Counted from the whole stretch's first letter, positions 10,727 through 25,044 are shown. The stretch is DNA of 62,944 nt, filler included, from Parasitella parasitica NRRL 2501 (GCA_025201805.1; 11 parts of 11 records of this genome joined end to end with filler, not necessarily neighbours in it), one strand, 5' to 3'. Numbers and translations: made by a program. The notes: a model not told the origin generated them from the sequence alone.

Positions 10727-12239
10727 CTACTTTCTAATATTTCTTGGGGAATCGCGTTGATTATAATAAGACTCAATCTCAAATTGCAGCTCCTTGACCT
10801 TTTCGCTTTGAGTTTCCAATTCTTTATGGAGACGATCTCTTTCAGACAAAAGCTAGAAAGAAACAGTTAGTTTTGGTTATTTTAGTCTCTCGCATTGACA
10901 AACCTGTTGTTCCCATTGACGGAATCTGGTTTCCTCAGACTTGACTTTTTCAGTGAAATTTTTGCGCAATTGCTCCTCTTCTTCAGCGAACTTGGCGTTC
11001 TCATCTTTTTCAGCACTGTTGAATCAAGTTTGCACGATTAGATGCTTTTTCTAATTTGTCTCTCTCTCTCCCTCTCTCTCTTACCGTGGATCACCAAATT
11101 TACGAGTCTCCATTTGGAGTTGACGGTAATTTTCGTAATGATTTTCCTCAGTAGTAGTAATCAAATCCAACATGTGAGTTCTAATTAATAAACTTCTCAA
11201 CTTTTTAAAATCACAGTGATCGTCATTCTCTACTTCGGCAACACCCCACGAATATTCACGACCTTTGACTCTGCGGCCATCAGCAGTAACAACATCCTGT
11301 GTTGATCCAATGACCGAGAAAGGCATGGCAGCCATGATGTTGATATTACGCTTTGTAGTGGTTTCATCATCACTCTCAATTGGAGAGGAATAGCACTGAA
11401 TATTTTGGGCAGAGATAACATCTCGAATCTACAGGGAGAGCGACAGAGGGGTTATTTAAGGAGAATTCTTGAGATTTTAAGGAGGTTTTTTTTTGTTTAC
11501 ATTTTGCTTGAATTTAGCCAAATCTGAGGGTGTCAACGTATCTGCTTTTGCAATGACTGGAATCAAATTGACACGAGAGCCCAATCTCTTCATAACTTCA
11601 ACATCCAAAGGAGACAAGGTGTGGCCGGTAGGCTTGACGAAATAAAGGCAGACATGGACACGCATGTCGACAACACCCTTACGGCAAGGCTGCTGCTCTT
11701 GTCTCATATAGTTTTCATGCTGATCGTCAATAAAATCAACGATTGGGATCCATCCATGGCGGTTATTAACATAATCACCAAACCCAGGGGTATCAATGAT
11801 GGTTAGTTTGACCTTGAACATTTTTTCTTCCAATTCTTTAAGGGAGGGGTATTTCCTGTGTGTGAGTGGAGCGCTGTAATGCGTGTTGTATATATCCTTA
11901 CCTGCTCTAGTGATTTGGATCTGAACAGTCTTGGAGGGAGTTTTGGTGCGTCTCTTGGCCAAGTTTTTGGGCTCTTTAATGGTAGATGTGAAGAGTGTAT
12001 TCACAAATGTAGTCTTACCAACACCAGATTCACCTAATTGTGCATGCATGAATATACCGCGCACATGGATGTAAATACAAAGAAACGTTACCGCAAACCA
12101 TCAAGGTGAAATTAGCGCCGTTCTTTGCTACAATCTTGTGTCTTTGGTTGGGTAAATTGGCGATACCTGTTCCTGGCGATGTGATAGGCTCAGAGGGAGG
12201 AAGAGGTACAGCTGCTTCCATAGGTGATACTGTGGTCAT
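10727..12239 (-). CDS. CDC12: Septin, Cdc12/Spn4/AspC group (multi-exon)
   Basis: GIANLPNQRHKIV, P-loop GESGVGKTT, DTPGFG, AKAD and GREYSWG motifs; GT-AG introns at 12034-12091, 11836-11901, 11429-11500 and further downstream. Confidence 0.92.
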
Positions 12240-12842
12240 GATAAGAGAAAAAAAGTTGAAAAGAAAAAGAAAGAGAGAAAGAAAAGTACAACAGGAACAG
12301 CCAGATTATTACATATCACTAGAATAGGGGACAAGTACAAATAAAGGGGCACTGAGAAGGAGGGGCAGAAACTCAAAAAAAAAAAAAAAAAAAAGTCCTA
12401 GGAGACTCATGGTGTTGTATGTAACTGTATATGTTGTTTGATGCTGTCTCAAAAGGAGCCTCTCATAGGTATCTACATGATGAGTGTATTTGTGTGTGTA
12501 TATATCGATTGCTCATGTTGAATAGCTGGAGGCTGTTGATTTCATGACACCACATTCCTTGAAAACACCCACAAAGAAAAAAAAGGATATGCCCGAATAT
12601 GTGTAGTACCTTTTTTTTTCATGCACACGATGTTTATATGTCCATCAACAGCACATTTTGCCATAAACATGTCGCATTACATGCATAATCCTTAATTTTA
12701 TGTGTATATCAATGCATTCAAATTGGAATAAAAAGTGGATATATTTACATATATGATATAAGATTTATAGTTAAGGATATAAGAAAGGAATCTGTGTCGA
12801 TTCACCATCTAACAAGGGAGACGGTAGTAAAAAAGAGGAGGC

Positions 12843-14268
12843 CTATGAGTGCTGTTGACTGATGATAGCATGATAATTTTCTGAATTCCTCTTTAAAATC
12901 TCATGGACAGAGCCTAACAGTCTCGTAAAGGCCTTTTTGCTTAGCGTAGCGCACTTTAATCTTCCTTTTGCGAATACTGTAGCTGCTCTTGGACTATCGT
13001 TTAGTAGGGCAAGTTCTGTGGTGTCGATTAATTATAATTAGTGAGTTTGCTTTGTAAATATACAACCGGAATCTACCTCCGAAGTAAGCTCCTCTTTCAA
13101 ACTGATTCACCTCTTGCTGGTCCCCATTCTTGTCCACTTTGTAAAACACAGCGACGCCAGATTCGATTAGATAGAATTGATCCCCTACATCGCCTTGCAA
13201 GATAACGTGATCACCGTCGTTGAAGTAAACTGACTCCAAGGCATCCGCAATTTTATGACGCTCATAGGATTCCAACGATTTGAACAGAGGCACCTCCTCC
13301 AAAAACGATTCGTACATTTTGCGTTTGCGAGAAGTATTTTCCATCAAAATAGTTCTGAATGTGACACGATCAAGTGCCCACAAAACAGCATTCGAAGTAG
13401 CTACAATAGTTGCAGCTCTTGGTGCATTGTACATAAGAGCTAGTTCTCCAAAGCTCCCTCCTGGTTCATAGGTTGCGACCAGTTTCTGCGCTGTTGCTTC
13501 AGAGCCATCTTGTTTTGTCGAAATGAAGCAATCAAATGTGCCTGATTCAACTACAAAGAAAAAGTCACCCACTGCGCCCTGTTCAATAATGGCTGTTCCT
13601 TCAGTCACAGTTGTTTCCACCATGGCATCAACTACATCCTGATGGTGTTCTTCATCGAGGTTCTTGAAAAGAAAGTTGTTACCTACACTCTTTTTGATAC
13701 CTTCTATCTGAGAGGATGTTTTGGAAATTACTTTCTTGACAAATCCTTGGGACGATGGTGCCATCGATTCAGCACTGACTGAAGTGCGTCGACCTCGATT
13801 GTAATTGGCAGCAGCAGGGATGCTACTGAGGGGTGTTGTGGAGAAATTGTCTTGCTCCTCATCTTCGGTAAGTAGAATATCATCATCGTCGTCATAGTGA
13901 TGATTGCTACTGTCACTACTGTAGCTGCTACAAGTAGTTGGAAACATACTATGACAACCATTCTCGGCCAAAGGATGATCAGTTTCTATTACCAGCAAAA
14001 TGTTGATGGGTGTCATTCTTTGTCATCTTGCTGATGGTCGCTTACCTATAACATGATGCTCACAAAGATAGCTAGCTCTCTGCTCTTCCAATTTTTGGTT
14101 AAAGAAATTAGCACAATACTGCAGTGGATCTTGAGGCTGATCTTTACTGTACGCTTCATGTAGCTCCGTCAATAGTTGAGTGTATTCATCGGCATACGAA
14201 AAGTCGAATTGCTCTAATTGCTGCTGCTGCTGCTCCTGTAGAGGCAGTTCACCGAATAAAAATGTCAT
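12843..14268 (-). CDS. pkaR: cAMP-dependent protein kinase regulatory subunit (3 exons)
   Basis: N-terminal docking domain, RRTSVSAES inhibitory site and two cNMP domains ([30 protein letters not shown] after splicing). Confidence 0.96.
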
Positions 14269-16494
14269 TTTTTGAGAAATGTGTTTATTTAATATGAAAT
14301 AATCTGTTGTTGATGAGCAATAGAAAGCTGCCTATCTGTGTGAGAAAGAGAGAAGAAAGAAAGAGAGGAAAATAGGAGAGAGGAAAAAGAAGGAAGAAAA
14401 AATATCCTTTTTCTTTTTTTTTTTGCTATTTTATACACACACACACACAGATAGACGCAGGATACGCACACGTATAAATTATAACATTAAATTAAATTTA
14501 ATACAGTATTTTAATTTAAAATGAGCTGTCTATACCTCCCGAGTTATAGTAAAAAAAGGTCGACCTTCACTTTGCTACAGCGAATTTTTCGACATTAAAT
14601 CTGATGTTCGGTGCGCATTTGGCGCATGCAGCGGAACACAATGCTAACAATAGAGTTTTATTGGATAGACATTACAATCTATTGAATGGTACTAATATTT
14701 AACATATAATTATATTTACCAAAGGTTAGGGATTTTTTTAAAGACAATGTTGTGAATATATTTGCCTTTTTGATATCCTATTTCTGAAACTTCAGAAGGA
14801 ATCATCAATTTTATAGAAGATAGAGGTGCGAACCCAAGAAAAACAATTGGAATTAACTTTCAATTGAAGGTCACGAGGCAAAGAGCCATTTTCTGTTGCA
14901 TTTAGACGACAAGCTAATGCTTGATGATTTTCATCCTAACGTTTAATCAAGGCTGATAGAGGAGACCTATTGCCCTGGGTTATCCAGAAGTAATTAATTG
15001 ATGAAACTTACTTCTTTATCTTTGGTTGTTAAAATGGTTTACCAAAGGAATAAGACGGATCAGTACCATTGCTTGCGCAATGGAAATAGACGTATAAATT
15101 TAGTAAATTACCACCGGTAATCAGAATTTCTGAAGGAATTGGAGATAATAATTGGTTGTAGGTATATTCTCTTATCAGAAACTAAGTAAAAACTTTGAAA
15201 TCAGTAGTTTTTATTAAGGTCTTCACTAAATATGCATCATTTGTCTCAAATAATTCAGCTTGATTCTTTGGGTTCAGGAAGAGAGCTCAGACTTAGTGCC
15301 ATGCTGCACATCCTTGGATGAGCTGTGCGGTAGACCTTCGATAACAAGTTGACACTACCGCCTCTGAAACAATAGTAATTACAATCTGTCCTGACCAACT
15401 TCAGAACTGAATTGAAAACAGAAGTGCTTTGCTACCAGGTTGAAAGATGCGCCACGAACACCATTATATACCATAGCTGACCTTTCCATTTGATAACAGA
15501 AAATTAGGATCACCAATATTCAGCAATCAAGCATATAAAAAGGCTTGCATTATTTCTATATTTTGAAGTTGTTCTCTGTTTCTGTTAGTCTTGGCATCAT
15601 CAATGTTAGTAAATACGTCTCTAAATTGTTCCATGACCTTTAAGTCGCAACAGTCGTCAGCTTATTCTATGTTCTGAGATCCACCTGCTTCTCCACATGA
15701 CAGACAGAAGGCATTTGTTGCTCCTATAATTTTCTTACTGCTTTTGGCTGATTGGGTTCTCTGGCAATGTCCAAGAGGAGCATAATTTCTAAAATGAACT
15801 GATCCATACCACAATCGAAGTGAGACGTTTGTGAATGCCACTCTTCCGCAAGAACGACAGAATACAGAATATGATGCTAAATTTTGATTGTTATCAGTTA
15901 TTGCTCAATTTTTCATACCAATATTAGAGTGGTTGGCTCTAGTATGCCCTTCTTTCCCCTAGGAAGGACATCTTATGGCGAGTCCTATTGGTGTTGAAGA
16001 CTTGGTTGTAATGGAATGGATTCCAATATCTGAAAGTTAAGAGTCAGAGCTATAATCTTTCTACAACAACTATTCACACTTTAATCCAAGATTGAATGTA
16101 GATTTCATTAACAACATTTTTAAAGAAATCAAACCTTATATTTATAATGCTAAATTATGAAAATCTACAAACAGTAAAAAAATAAACTTCTGTGTGATGC
16201 ATATTTTAAATATTTCGATGATACAACCAAAAAAAGGTTTCTTGTTTTGATAAATTCACAGCTTTCAATTGTACCCGAACAGTGAGTTTAGATGGCTTAT
16301 TATTGGTATAAATACAAAGAATGTTATATTTGCTCTCTAAAAGGATGTTCAAAAATTATTATTTCAATAGATGTAACGCCAAATACAAAAAATAATAGAC
16401 CAACAACGTACTCTCAGGTTGTGTAATTTATTATAAGAAATCAATCGTTCAATTGTGTAATCAAATAACAAGTCTTAACTTGTATTATCATCTG

Positions 16495-17130
16495 TGATTT
16501 ATCAGAAAAGTTCATAGAAATTAATCAGGTAAAGATCTGTTTATTATATTCAAAATAGAGGGTTTATGTACTTTTTATGAACTGAGGGAAGTGATGATGA
16601 AATCTGGGAGATAAAATAGATGTATCTATCCCAAATCTCATGCCATATTTTATTATGATCTGATGTTTTACACTTCATATATATTATATTCACATCCGGT
16701 TTTAGAATTGATACGTTAATCTGAACACCTTACACCCCCATAAGCCTATTAAACAGCAACTAATTCCAAAAGGTTTGAAAGTCGAGCAAATTTCTTCATT
16801 GAGAAGGTAGTAATTTATCAGAATGAGAAATTATTCAAGTAAAACAATTGTGAATTAATTAGGTAGAGATCTCGTTTATTACATGGAAAAAATGATGGTT
16901 TATATACATTATTGAATATTAGTGGACTGATGGGAGGATAAGATATAAGTGTCAGACATGGTGTGATTTAGAGGATGTAATGTTGATAGATTGTATCTAT
17001 TATTGATTTTGAACATGTCATGTGGATGAGTTAAAAATATGCAACATAAGCTTTTGAGATATGTTCCTGGATTTTGTCAGTATTGAGTTCATTACTTGAG
17101 TTTGACTTGTGGTTGGGAAATTGACTGATA
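16495..17130. mobile_element. Degenerate LTR copies: family A (~16495-16715) and family F (~16810-17130)
   Basis: Similar to 1744-1997 and 55586-55892; termini eroded. Confidence 0.75.
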
Positions 17131-17641
17131 ACTTTTACAATTCTCCCAAGTCGAGACTTTTTTTTTTTGGGCGGTAATGCTGATTTGTCGCTATGTGTTC
17201 CTGGTTTGAGCGCGATTCTGCTGTGTGTTTAATTGTTAATACTGTTTTCTGACAACTAAATTTGATACATTTTTTTAAAAACATCCACTCTTTTCTAACT
17301 GTATTTATCATTCTCAAATGGAAGTCGATTGATTTTATGACCCGTAACTGGATAACTTTTGTTTGCGGTAGCTTTCTTCTTAAGCCCTGAAACTATGGAT
17401 TAAGTACCTAATCATTTTGATTTACTTGTGTTCATTGTATTAAAATTACCGCTACAGTACCCTGTTCTGTTTCAGGGGTTGAAAGCAGTTACACATGCAT
17501 TGAAAAAAGGTTGGCCCAATAAAAAAAAATAATTGGTCAGCTTGAAAATGGGTCGCTAAGTCATTGTTTTGAAAATGGATCATTTAATACGAAAATGGGT
17601 CACCAATAAAGAAATTTAATGCATGCTTTTTATTTTGCCTC

Positions 17642-17882
17642 TTACAATCCTTTTTCACAATTCAAGCATCTCTGCCAGAACGTCAAAGAATGCTTTATCC
17701 AATTCTCGCAGCCTTCTCTGCTGATGTAAAATGATGCATTGCGAATACGATCAGAGATTTTTTTATTCTGCCTGACAGAAGAGGGATCGTTATTTACAAC
17801 AGTCTTCAGCTTGGACCAAAACTCTTCGATTGGATTCAAAAAAGGAGAATAAGGGGGCAAAAAGAGAAGTTTATAGCCACGT
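17642..17882 (-). pseudogene. IS630/Tc1 DDE transposase C-terminus, truncated by an LTR
   Basis: LLFLPPYSPFLNPIEEFWSKLK motif. Confidence 0.92.
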
Positions 17883-18300
17883 TGATCTGCCATGATTATA
17901 GACAGGAGATCATGGCAATGTACTTCAATTGAAGATTGAGGATTGTTGTCTAATGATGTGATTTGATACGCTTGTGTAAATTGGAGAATAAAGTCTCTGT
18001 TTCAAATCAAGAAGGTTATTCATGTAATAAGTAACACAGATCTGAGCACCAGGATAAAGTTTAAGGCTCTGTCAAATCAAAGACGTGTAGCCCTTGCTGT
18101 ATAACCTCATACCGTACCCTGCTGTCAAGTAGATTGTCACTGTGAATTAGTCTTGTCAATTAGTAATCTAAATAAGTCACCATAAATTTATGTAGTTGTA
18201 AAAAGTATAAATAGCAGATGCAATTTCGATCTTAAATAAAGTATCTTTAGTTTTCGTATCTCGTTAAACTTTGGTTTTTATTATCTTTTTTGATCCAACA
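17883..18300. mobile_element. LTR family E (~420 bp)
   Basis: TG...CA termini; related copies at 51024-51442, ~49800-50082, ~42850-43930 (split), ~45790-45920, ~52935-53066 and ~55398-55469; flanks do not match, so no TSD. Confidence 0.75.
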
Positions 18301-18399
18301 ATTACGTTAAAATAACACATTTGCACAACATTTCGCTGTGCGCATTATATTGGGTGAAACGGAGATGATTTTAAAGAGAACACATTCCAATACTATTTT

Positions 18400-19650
18400 T
18401 TGAGATACTAAGCAATGAAAATTAGGGATATGCGCAATTTGCAATGGAAACATATTTCTGAGCTTGAATTTACCACTGCGAATACAGCTTTTTATTGCAG
18501 TGAAGCACTTATTTCAATTAAGGAGCAGAGCATGAAACCCAAAAACAACCTGGTTATGTCTTTACATGAATCGATACCCAAGATGCTGTGAAATATGAAT
18601 ATAAAAGCTATTTTCATGTGACTTTATGTTTAGGTTAAAATAAATGTCACCTAATCATGACCATCACCTTTTTCCCCGCTTAAAGGCATTAGTCTACAAT
18701 CTCTGATATCTTTACAAACTAGTAAGTGATAAAGACACAACCTTCAGCCAACATCTTATTTTTTTGCGTCCTTCTACAGCATATCCAAGTTTCATGCATC
18801 ACTGACCATTTTTCAGATTTTGCTATGTTTGGACCCCAAACCTCAGATTCGATTTTCAATTTTCAACTTTGGATCAACCTTCAGGGTCATTTTTAGGTAC
18901 GGATTTGAGGTCCAAACTAAGAATCAAGGCTAATACTAGTATGACAACTGTAACTCACTACGTCTTTCGATTCTCGATATCTATCTTTGTTGTCGAGATA
19001 TTACCACAACTAGATTTTTCAGATTTTGCGGATTTTACAGTATATGTTCCTATTACAAGTACCTTATTTTGCAACTAAACCAAGTTGACATTCCTAAGTA
19101 AAGTAATAAAGCACATTTTGGTACACTTACTGGTGTTAAACATGTTGTACAAAAGCTCGAATTTGACAATCTAGAGCCAATTTTGTCTTTTTACATTAAA
19201 CTTTGTCCCCCTATTTCTCTACAAACCACTATGACAACTTGGGCTAAGTAATTACTAAAATATTTTTAAAACTTAGTTCTCTGCTAGTTGTATTAGTGTT
19301 AGATAGACATGTCAAAAAAAAATTTTTTTCAGATGTTTTTAGCAGAGGCTTCATTTACTTTCACAGTTTTCAGAGCAGTAAATGGTATTTAAAGATACAT
19401 GATATACCAATACTAAAATGGAGCTAAAAAATAGCTACCAAAAGATTTTAGTTTGGTCAGAAAATACCAATTTTTGAGCGAGAAACTCTCGAAAAACGAC
19501 ATTGATTTTTACCCTTTTGAATGGCTTCATTTTGGCCCTCTAAACATAGGACCGGAAAATGGTGGATTCATTTTGGTCGAGACAAGATTTTGAATTTTGG
19601 CAGATATAATAAAGCTACAGTTGTAAAAAAAGTATTGATTTGTAGGCATT
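18400..19650. repeat. Large non-coding dispersed repeat G2
   Basis: Close inverted copy at ~61160-62400 and a more diverged one at ~47960-49790. Confidence 0.9.
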
Positions 19651-20334
19651 GACATGATGGTTTGTTTGGTCAACTTTATAGAGTTGAATGTGCTCAAAAT
19701 ATGCTTGATTTTACTTAAAAACTATCAAAAATGGCGTTTTTTGAATATTTGAAAATTGGTAATAAAAAAAGGTGTTTCCATAGCCTTGTAATATATATGG
19801 TTGGGTGCAGAATTTATTTTTTGTCATAAAACACTTAGTTCGCATATCCGATATACCTATTGCATTTATGAGATATTTAGCAATGAACGATGCAAAAAAA
19901 ATCTCGAAACTGCTTTGAGTCAAATGGAAACACAGTGCTGAGATTCAACCTACAGTCTTTTTTTTTCCGCTATAAAGGAGTGCATCACCTATTATTCTCA
20001 ATGTAATAAGAAAAAAAAAGCACGGCTCTAATAGATAACTTGGGTATGATGTCTCAATACGAATCGATAGCCGGAATACCGCATAATAATACGAACTCAA
20101 AAACCATTTTTATATACTACCTTCATTTTTGGGTAAAGTTCATACCACCAAATCAAAGACATAACCCTTTTCCACGCTCAAAAGCATAATTTCCAATTAC
20201 TGCTATGCTTACAAACTATTATGCGATGAAGGTACAACTTTCAGCTAAGAGAATTTCCATTTGAACTATTCTATATAACAACAACATATCCAATTCTCAA
20301 ATATTTCTGATCATTTTTCAGATTTTGCTATGAG

Positions 20335-21058
20335 TGTTATGTCAAAATAAGTCAGTAAAATGAACCTGTGAAATACATTCACCATGATGATCTGCATTCC
20401 ACTTCTAGATTCATCCAGTTACCTTAAATTGATATAAACTACATATGCGCACAGATAATAAGATGTGCAATACAGATTTATACTATATAAGATATAAGCT
20501 AAAATCTTCGCATAGAAGATTGATCAGGGTACTACCTCGGGTAAATTCTATCTCCTCACTCAAATAGATTTAAGTTATCTTGAGTCTGCTGATATGTTGG
20601 TTAGCACAAAGTTAAGATGCTAGTTACGCAGTATTGTCGTACATGTTAAATTGCGAGAATAGAAGAACATTTATCCACAGTTTAAGTATATATATAAAGG
20701 TTCATCTACCTGGCCAGTAGATGAACTGGAGCTTTATACACCTGTCAATTTGATAATAAAACCTATACCTTTATCAAGTTGACTTTATTGTTTTTTTATT
20801 ATAATTTTTTTCCGTGAATCCATATAACAGTTTATACCGATTCCACAGAATCTGCCAAAGATAGTTAAACTTTTATTAAAAATACATCCTCTGAATGTAT
20901 TTATATAAACTAACATTATGTGCTAACGTCATCATACACAGCTGTAACCAACATTTATATATAGAGCATGCGGTGTAAATCCCTGATTTACCACGTACAT
21001 TGGCTTTTTTAGCCCCTTGATCTTGCTACAAGGTCTATGGCATGTTATTCATATAACA
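20335..21058. mobile_element. Solo LTR (D-like) containing a nested, internally deleted family C LTR at 20367-20847
   Basis: Outer TGTTAT...ATAACA with TSD ATGAG; inner TGTG...CACA with flanks GAACC/GAATC. Confidence 0.85.
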
Positions 21059-22119
21059 ATGAGTTTGGACGCCACATCTCATATTAGATTTTCAATTTGC
21101 AAATTTGCGTTAACCTTCAGGATCATTTTGAGTTATGGATTTAGGGTCCAAGGAAAGTATCTGCCTTGTTCTAGCACTAGAGTACAATATAACTGTATCT
21201 CGACCGCACTTTCCGAATTCCAATATATATCTTACTTGTCGAGATAACGCCAAAACAAAATTTTGCTGAATTTATTATAGCAAGTTATATGGATAAAGAT
21301 TGATCAAGTCTTACGTCTATAAACGTCTACAGTTGTGTATTTGGAGTTTTACTGTGAGAGAGTCTTTATTAAGTTAAAATAGCACATTTGCACAAAATTT
21401 CGGTGTGCGCTTTATATTGGGTAAAACAGAGATAATTTTAAAGAGAACACAATATTCTCTAATTATACGGGAAAAGATGCTCTCTTAAAAAAGAATATAT
21501 ACATAATTTCAACGATTGCTTTGTCAAACTCACATTTAAGAGCAACTTGATTTGTGTCAATAAGGACAAAAAGCGTTTGGTATGCAGTAGTTTACGCAAC
21601 CTAAAAAAAAGCCTTCTTCTTGTGATTACAGATATATTTTGTTGTTTTTGCTTTATTCTACATGTTTATTGAACGGAACAAATACTCTGTTTGTAGAGTG
21701 TAAAGACACTGCTAAGAATCTAGAGAATACTGTAAATTACCTATTAGCTTTAGAAGTATGTCTTCCACAATCTTTGTTTATAAATTAAAGTATAAAAAAT
21801 CGGACAATTTGGCCTAAAATCAAAATTTAGGTTTTTCTGTTTAATCCAGTTAATTTTCAGTAATGTTGTGCCAGAAAGGCATGAGATTAAGCAGTTATTA
21901 GATTGGTAATTCTTTGTATACAATGACAAGGAATAAGCTATTAATGTACAATAGAACATGTTGTAATACACTTGGTATTACATACCAAGTTCAATNNNNN
22001 NNNNNNNNNNNNNNNNNNNNNNNNNNNNNNNNNNNNNNNTTAATTAATTAANNNNNNNNNNNNNNNNNNNNNNNNNNNNNNNNNNNNNNNNNNNNTCTCG
22101 CATGAGCACATTTATCGCC

Positions 22120-22401
22120 TTAACCTAGCTCGATAAGCACTTTTTTTGGCTCTAAAAAATGTTCCCGTTCATGCACATCTATATTCTTATGAGAACATCG
22201 GCATGACCATAGTGGTTGTATAATCGACATAGCCTTGCTTGCCAAAATTTGACATTTCAGATCATCATCTTCAAATAGAACGGAGCCAACCAAAGGAATA
22301 TCGGCCTTGTTGTCCACATGACGCTTGCTAGGCTGAACAAATTGTTTCTTGCCATGACGAGAGGCCATTACAGCCCACGTCTCAGTAGGAATAGTTGTCA
22401 T
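22120..22401 (-). pseudogene. N-terminus of a second LINE ORF1-like gene
   Basis: LFEDDDLKCQILASKAMSIIQ aligns with IYEDEDFTGRILATKAMEILQ at 23880-23934. Confidence 0.65.
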
Positions 22402-22629
22402 GGAGTGTAACTTTGTGGTGTGTGTGTTTATGATATCGAAAAATTTGCAAAAAAGTGAAAGAGTTGAATAAAATGGTTAAAAGAAGTGATCTTGAGTTGA
22501 AATTGAGATATGTTGTCGAGCAGAAACGGATGTATCAAAAGAATTAAGGATTCAAAGGATGCAAGATGGATGTATCGTAGTTGTCAAGATATCGTCGTTT
22601 GAAAATGACGTATAACAGAACTTGTAAAA

Positions 22630-23934
22630 AAGTGATTTTTTTTTTTGTATGAAAAGTTTTTTTTTTTTTGTATTAAAGTGTACCTTTATTAACTAAATGC
22701 AACTAATAGCTATGGAAAAAATGTACGAACCCTACTTATTTAGGGTCGCTTTACGAGTGGAAATAGCTTTGCCCTTAGTGCCCTTGCTATTGCTTGTAGC
22801 TGAGGTACTTCCATAAAGCTTGCTTTTTCTTGGCTACCTGACGCAAAGCTGCGTCAGTCGACAGTTCTGCAGGCATGTCCAACTTCATATTCATAGCCAC
22901 TGTATCTGAAGCATACTTGGAGTACGCAGAGCTTCTATCTGGAGATATTTTCTGATCACCTGCCAAAACCACCTCGTCATTATCATCTACATCTTCGTGC
23001 ATGTTGTCAACCAAACATTTATCATCATTTTCAGTTTCGCTAGCTATAGATTCAGCATTATCCAATTCTTCTTCATCTTCAAAATCTTCTGACTCCTCAT
23101 TGTCAACACATTCTTCCTCGCTATCACTGAATTCTTCCTTGTCTACAAAACCGGAGAAAGTAGCAGGCGAATTGACAGAGGCTGCAAAGTCGGCTTGCTG
23201 TTTTTGCTTATCAAACTCGGGACAAAACCGGATCATATGGCCTGGCTTATGGCACCCAAAGCACCTACGTTTGGCCAACTCTGGACATTTAGCACGAATA
23301 TGACCACTATGACGACAGAAATGACAAACAGGAGGAGCACCCTTGAATGTCGCTGCCACAAAGCAATCAAGTTCGCAGAGATAGAGCATTCTATCTAGAG
23401 GATTTGCTGGCCTGTGCTCACCCTCTACCAGCGTACCAATAGAATTGTCAATTAGAGCCGAGAAATTGCCCTCGAAAAAACCACCACGAGTGTACTGCTT
23501 TAGCTGGAGAACTCTGCCATAATACGAGAGGGATGCAATCAAGTCATCTAGAAGAAGCGGATCTGTGACAATTCGCATTAAAGTGAACTGCACAAGCTTC
23601 ACCTTGCTGTAATCTTTGGGCTCCTGAGGGAGTACTGCCTTGTAAACAATTCCATCAACAGTGACACCAGTCTGTATAGCCTGTTTCGCATCGTCTGCCT
23701 CCTCAAATTTGGCTTCCATAAGGAACCATCATCCTTGGAATCATAAATGCTGAGAGGACGAAATTCAACCAAGGGAGAAACCTGAGCCTGGATTGCCTTG
23801 TAGGCATCGACGCGATCACCGAATAATCCTTTTCGAAATGTAAACAGAACAGAGCCAGGAGTAAGCGACTGTTGCAAAATTTCCATTGCTTTAGTAGCTA
23901 GGATTCTTCCAGTAAAATCCTCATCTTCATAAAT
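22630..23934 (-). mobile_element. LINE ORF1 (gag-like, two CCHC knuckles, one frameshift) followed by a poly(A) signal and A-tracts
   Basis: CHFCRHSGHIRAKC and CFGCHKPGHMIRFC; AATAAA (minus strand, 22685-22690) then A-tracts at ~22636-22669. Confidence 0.8.
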
Positions 23935-25044
23935 NNNNNNNNNNNNNNNNNNNNNNNNNNNNNNNNNNNNNNNNNNNNTTAATTAATTAANNNNNNNNNN
24001 NNNNNNNNNNNNNNNNNNNNNNNNNNNNNNNNNNTACTTCCTCGGTGATGTTTCTATGTCTTAGTCGATTAATAGCCACCAAAGCATGAGAACAAAAGGG
24101 TTTGATGCATATCTTTCCTGATTTATCTCTGTGTGAAGTCTTAAAAATATCGTTCTTCAATCAGAGGAACAATATCTATTTATCAGTTACTTCCTCGGTG
24201 ATGTTTTTATGTCGTAGTATTTTTTGTTTATATAGAGACCTTGGTCCCGATTTTATTTGAGTGAAATTTATTGTAACAAATTTCCCACTTTTGATTGTTT
24301 TTCGTCTTTTCGGCATTTATTTGGGGTTGTCGTATGATCCGATACACACTTACATACCCTCTAGCACGTTATTTAATTGTTAAGCCATATGCATCAGTTT
24401 TAGACACGTATCCGTTAGTAGAATTCAGCATAAAACAATGTCATATATAATGTATCTAAAAAATTGTTTGTCAGGTCCAGATTACTAGAAAACGCATTTT
24501 TTCGATCATCTGAAGAGAAAATAAATGAAAATTAAGATTAATTTATGCCTTCTCTTTTTTATTGTGGGGAAGTCAAATCAACATTTACAACAGTCAGGCT
24601 GGGAAATATTGGCCGATTTGGAAAACTAAATGGTGATTATAGAAAATTACTTTGACACTAGCCAAAAAATAATTTGGCGAAAAGATAAAAAGTGATTGGC
24701 CCAATTCAAATCTTTTGTTCAAGACGCTTCTTCTTCAACAGAATCAAATTCTTACTGCTCGGAAAGACTCAAAATAGGCACTTCATTATACTTATCGAAA
24801 AGAAACAGCCAGTACAATATCGCCCAGGCAGGATCAGACATATCGACGCTTTATTTCGTTTTAATTGCTGTTAAAGAGTATCCATGAGATTCAAGTTCTT
24901 CTTACAAATATTTTTAATAAATCAGTCATTTTCAATAAATCAATTATTGTAGAAGAAACAATTGTTGTCCATAATTCAATTGATCTGTATAAAATATAAT
25001 TCATCACTTTTCTTTCCCTCTTTTTACACTGATTCTCCCAACAC

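Noticed and set aside
14700-16100. Decayed coding-like region on the minus strand
   Set aside because: Stop-riddled in all frames, with no family motif I can support.
18869-19078. Repeated small ORF (also 48573 and 61727) as a gene family
   Set aside because: Non-ATG starts, no recognisable motif, lengths differ; a by-product of repeat G2.
24035-24215. Direct repeat TACTTCCTCGGTGATGTTT about 153 bp apart
   Set aside because: At a contig edge with only one full unit visible; cannot tell a tandem repeat from an assembly overlap.
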